Below are positions 61,714-64,000 of a stretch of DNA of 64,000 nucleotides, piece by piece. Each line of letters opens with the position of its first letter. Positions within the stretch are counted from its first letter, which is position 1. The notes beneath the pieces are model-generated. The model did not search any database. It saw only the letters and a program-made list of their open reading frames with translations, and was not told where the DNA came from. The stretch covers positions 25,785 to 89,784 of the IMG/VR virus record IMGVR_UViG_3300045988_087130; one strand, given 5' to 3'. The translations under genes and the position numbers were made by a program. Source of the stretch: a virus.

Positions 61714-62360
61714 TAAAAGGAACAGAAGTAAATATCATACAAGGTGAAATTTGGAAGCCCATAAAAGGTTACGAAGGTTTATATTTTATTAGTAATCTTA
61801 GCAGGGTGAAAAGGATTACACCCAGAGGTAAGTTTAAGGAACGTTTATTGTACAAGAGACAAAATGATGCAGGTTATTGGTGCGTGTCACTTTGTAAGAA
61901 CGGAAAAGCAAAATGTAAGCGTGTACATAGATTGGTTGCTGAAGCGTTTATTCCTAATCCCGAGAATAAAACACAAGTTGGGCATAAAGACGAGACTCGG
62001 ACTAATGATTCTATCGAAAACTTAGAATGGGTAACTCCGAAAGAAAATTGCAATATGCCGTTACATAAACTGCGTATTGCTAACTCACAAACTGGGAAAA
62101 AGGATAGTTTGGAAACTAAACTAAAGAAACGCAATGCACAATTGGGAGAAAAAAGTCATTTATACGGCAAGAGGGGTAAAGATAATAGGTTTTCTAAACC
62201 CATATTGCAATACAATAAAAATGGCGAACTAATGAAGGAATACGAAAATGCTGAAGAAGCGTATAGAATTACGGGAATAGCAAGTTCGCATATCAGAGAA
62301 TGTTGCAACGGTTTAAGAAAAACCTCTGGTGGATATTGTTGGAAATTTAAAAATAAATAA
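61710..62360 (+). CDS. HNH homing endonuclease (NUMOD4 + HNH_3)
   Basis: IKGYEGLYFISNLSRVKRI (NUMOD4) and VGHKDETRTNDSIENLEWVTPKEN (HNH_3); the long track ORF 61527 begins upstream, but ATG 61710 follows the fragment stop. Confidence 0.65.
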   Translation: MIKGTEVNIIQGEIWKPIKGYEGLYFISNLSRVKRITPRGKFKERLLYKRQNDAGYWCVSLCKNGKAKCKRVHRLVAEAFIPNPENKTQVGHKDETRTNDSIENLEWVTPKENCNMPLHKLRIANSQTGKKDSLETKLKKRNAQLGEKSHLYGKRGKDNRFSKPILQYNKNGELMKEYENAEEAYRITGIASSHIRECCNGLRKTSGGYCWKFKNK

Positions 62361-62361
62361 A

Positions 62362-62733
62362 ATGAAGAAGATTTTAACACTTACAGTAAACAAAGAATGG
62401 TTTTCTCGTATTTTGCTGGGTGAAAAGACGGAAGAGTATCGTGAGATTAAGCCGTATTGGGTAGCACGATTGTTTCAAAACAATAGCAATATTGTTGATG
62501 TGCAATATTTAGCTTCAGGTTTAGTAGGGCGCACGGATTTGCTTAAAGGCTATATTGACGCACAGAGAATTGTGTTAAAACAATATACCCACGTCCTCTT
62601 CATCAATGGCTACCGCAAGGATAGCCCACGAATTGAGAAGGAGATTGAGAGTATTACCATCGGCAAGCCTAAGAAAGGCTTATGCCCCGACAAGTGGCTT
62701 GATACTGAGTTTTTTATCATTAAATTTAAGTGA
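62362..62733 (+). CDS. ASCH-like domain protein
   Basis: LTLTVNKEWFSRILLGEKTEEYREIKPYW resembles the ASCH N-terminal signature. Confidence 0.45.
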   Translation: MKKILTLTVNKEWFSRILLGEKTEEYREIKPYWVARLFQNNSNIVDVQYLASGLVGRTDLLKGYIDAQRIVLKQYTHVLFINGYRKDSPRIEKEIESITIGKPKKGLCPDKWLDTEFFIIKFK

Positions 62734-62734
62734 T

Positions 62735-63106
62735 ATGAAAGTAAAGAATTTACCAAAGAAGATTTACCTCAATATCTGTAGCAATAAAAAAGAGGTTGAT
62801 TTTAACGACTGTGATATTGTAACATATTGCACGAAAAAGATTGATGATACTGATTGCAATACAGAAAACGTTCCTTACGTGAATGCGGCATCATTATGGC
62901 ACGACCTAAAAGAAGAGAAGCCTCCATTAAGAAAGTGGGTGATGTTCCGATATAGTGGAGGTGGCGTAAATCCTACTGCTCTTTACTATGGAGCGATGAG
63001 TGATGACGTATGGCTTGTCACTAGAGGAGACGGAACACAGCGTATAGAAGTTCTGTACGAGTGTTACGATAAGATTGAGTGGTTTGATTTTGACGAACTG
63101 AAATAA
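62735..63106 (+). CDS. hypothetical protein
   Basis: Track ORF 62606-63106; ATG 62735 follows the upstream stop. Confidence 0.4.
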   Translation: MKVKNLPKKIYLNICSNKKEVDFNDCDIVTYCTKKIDDTDCNTENVPYVNAASLWHDLKEEKPPLRKWVMFRYSGGGVNPTALYYGAMSDDVWLVTRGDGTQRIEVLYECYDKIEWFDFDELK

Positions 63107-63109
63107 GTT

Positions 63110-63520
63110 ATGAAGAAGGAAGATAGAATCAAAGTTTGGGAGAAATACGACCATCATTGCGCATACTGTGGAAGAGAAATAAAACTCGAAGATATGCAAA
63201 TCGACCATTTCATTCCAAAGAATCGTGGAAACTATTCACGTTGGAGTGATAAAGAAGGTAAGTATATCGTTTCTCATGGTGAGGATAGTATGGAGAATTA
63301 TATGCCTTCTTGCCGAGCTTGTAACTTTCGAAAGCGAGATATGAGTATAGGTCAATTCCGTGAAGCTATCAAGGAACAGGCGAAAGGTTTGCTTAAAGGT
63401 GCTGCAAAGTTTCAGGTAAGCATGAGTATCGCTTATGGTCTGCTCAACCCTGCTTTTGACAAGCCTATAGTATTCTATTTTGAGAAGTTTAAAAAGAATG
63501 ATAAAAAGTACAACAAATGA
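63110..63520 (+). CDS. HNH endonuclease (paralog of 50589-50975)
   Basis: CAYCG...DHFIPKNRG...CRACNFRKRD HNH core. Confidence 0.6.
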   Translation: MKKEDRIKVWEKYDHHCAYCGREIKLEDMQIDHFIPKNRGNYSRWSDKEGKYIVSHGEDSMENYMPSCRACNFRKRDMSIGQFREAIKEQAKGLLKGAAKFQVSMSIAYGLLNPAFDKPIVFYFEKFKKNDKKYNK

Positions 63521-63888
63521 AAGAATATAAATATACAAATAAAGAGGAAAGACCCATTCCAAAATATAAGAATGGTGATATTGCTTGGTATATAGATAGT
63601 TGGTTTGAACATCCGCAACGCTGTATAGTAAAGGGGTGTTGCAAAGTATCTTGGTTTGAAGGGAATAAATTTAATTCTTCGGGTTGGTGGATAGATTATA
63701 GATACAAACCCGACCATTGTAAACGAACCGTACAGCATACAATTAGAGAAGAAGAGCTTTTTGATACCGAGCAAGAGGCTTTAATTGCATTGTTCGAGGA
63801 GTTTAAAGATAAAGTAAAAACAAAAATAGACTTCTTTAGCAAAGAGGCAAAAAGACTAGGCATAAAACAGCAGTTGTTATTACAATAA
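63517..63888 (+). CDS. hypothetical protein
   Basis: 123-aa ORF. Confidence 0.4.
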   Translation: MKEYKYTNKEERPIPKYKNGDIAWYIDSWFEHPQRCIVKGCCKVSWFEGNKFNSSGWWIDYRYKPDHCKRTVQHTIREEELFDTEQEALIALFEEFKDKVKTKIDFFSKEAKRLGIKQQLLLQ

Positions 63889-63893
63889 TAAGA

Positions 63894-63923
63894 AAGGGTA
63901 GGGCAAAAGCTCTACCCCTTTTG
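63894..63923 (+). terminator. rho-independent terminator
   Basis: AAGGGTAGG-GCAAAAGCT-CTACCCCTT followed by TTGC; bulged stem. Confidence 0.45.
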
Positions 63924-64000
63924 CTAAAAAACTATTTTTTAGCCCCATCCATCGACCAGTCTTGGTATGACAAGGCAATGCGTTGGGTTGACCCTGACTG

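Noticed and set aside
1-64000. Integrase, terminase large subunit, portal
   Set aside because: Scanned for the tyrosine-recombinase R..H..R..Y tetrad, Walker-A (GxxxxGK[ST]) terminase motifs and portal-size ORFs on both strands; none found. They probably lie outside this window.

Overview
The window is AT-rich and almost entirely plus-strand coding; it looks like part of a tailed phage or prophage of a Bacteroidota host. That host call rests on roughly a dozen promoters matching the Bacteroidetes sigma-A consensus (-33 TTTG, 19-21 bp spacer, -7 TAnnTTTG) and on the absence of Shine-Dalgarno spacing. Recognisable genes: a tape-measure protein (16100-22228), a scaffold/capsid/head-tail block (37876-43155), seven DNA methyltransferases (two C5, one Dam-like, four tandem beta-class N6/N4), four HNH endonucleases, two antirepressors, a CI-like repressor switch with ACGTTACA operator repeats, ThyX, RNase H, a short RtcB RNA ligase, a five-tRNA operon, a solitary IS605-family TnpB, an amidoligase plus class-II glutamine amidotransferase pair, and a Panacea-domain protein coupled to a small membrane protein (a candidate toxin-antitoxin/defence pair). 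Unusual non-coding structure includes a 13-copy GGTGAGRCACAC...AAACTGT element, a family of near-identical terminator/promoter/leader cassettes, two tRNA-like acceptor-plus-T-arm minihelices in a GT-rich repeat island, a 450-bp ORF-free structured GC-rich element, and attenuator-like long leaders upstream of the antirepressor genes. There are also a G7 homopolymer frameshift inside a C5-methyltransferase, a homing-endonuclease insertion that duplicates the 5' end of its target gene, and several paralogous or frameshifted small-gene modules. No integrase, terminase, portal, CRISPR array or rRNA was found. All calls come from reading the sequence by hand; coordinates of hand-called motifs may be off by 1-2 nt.
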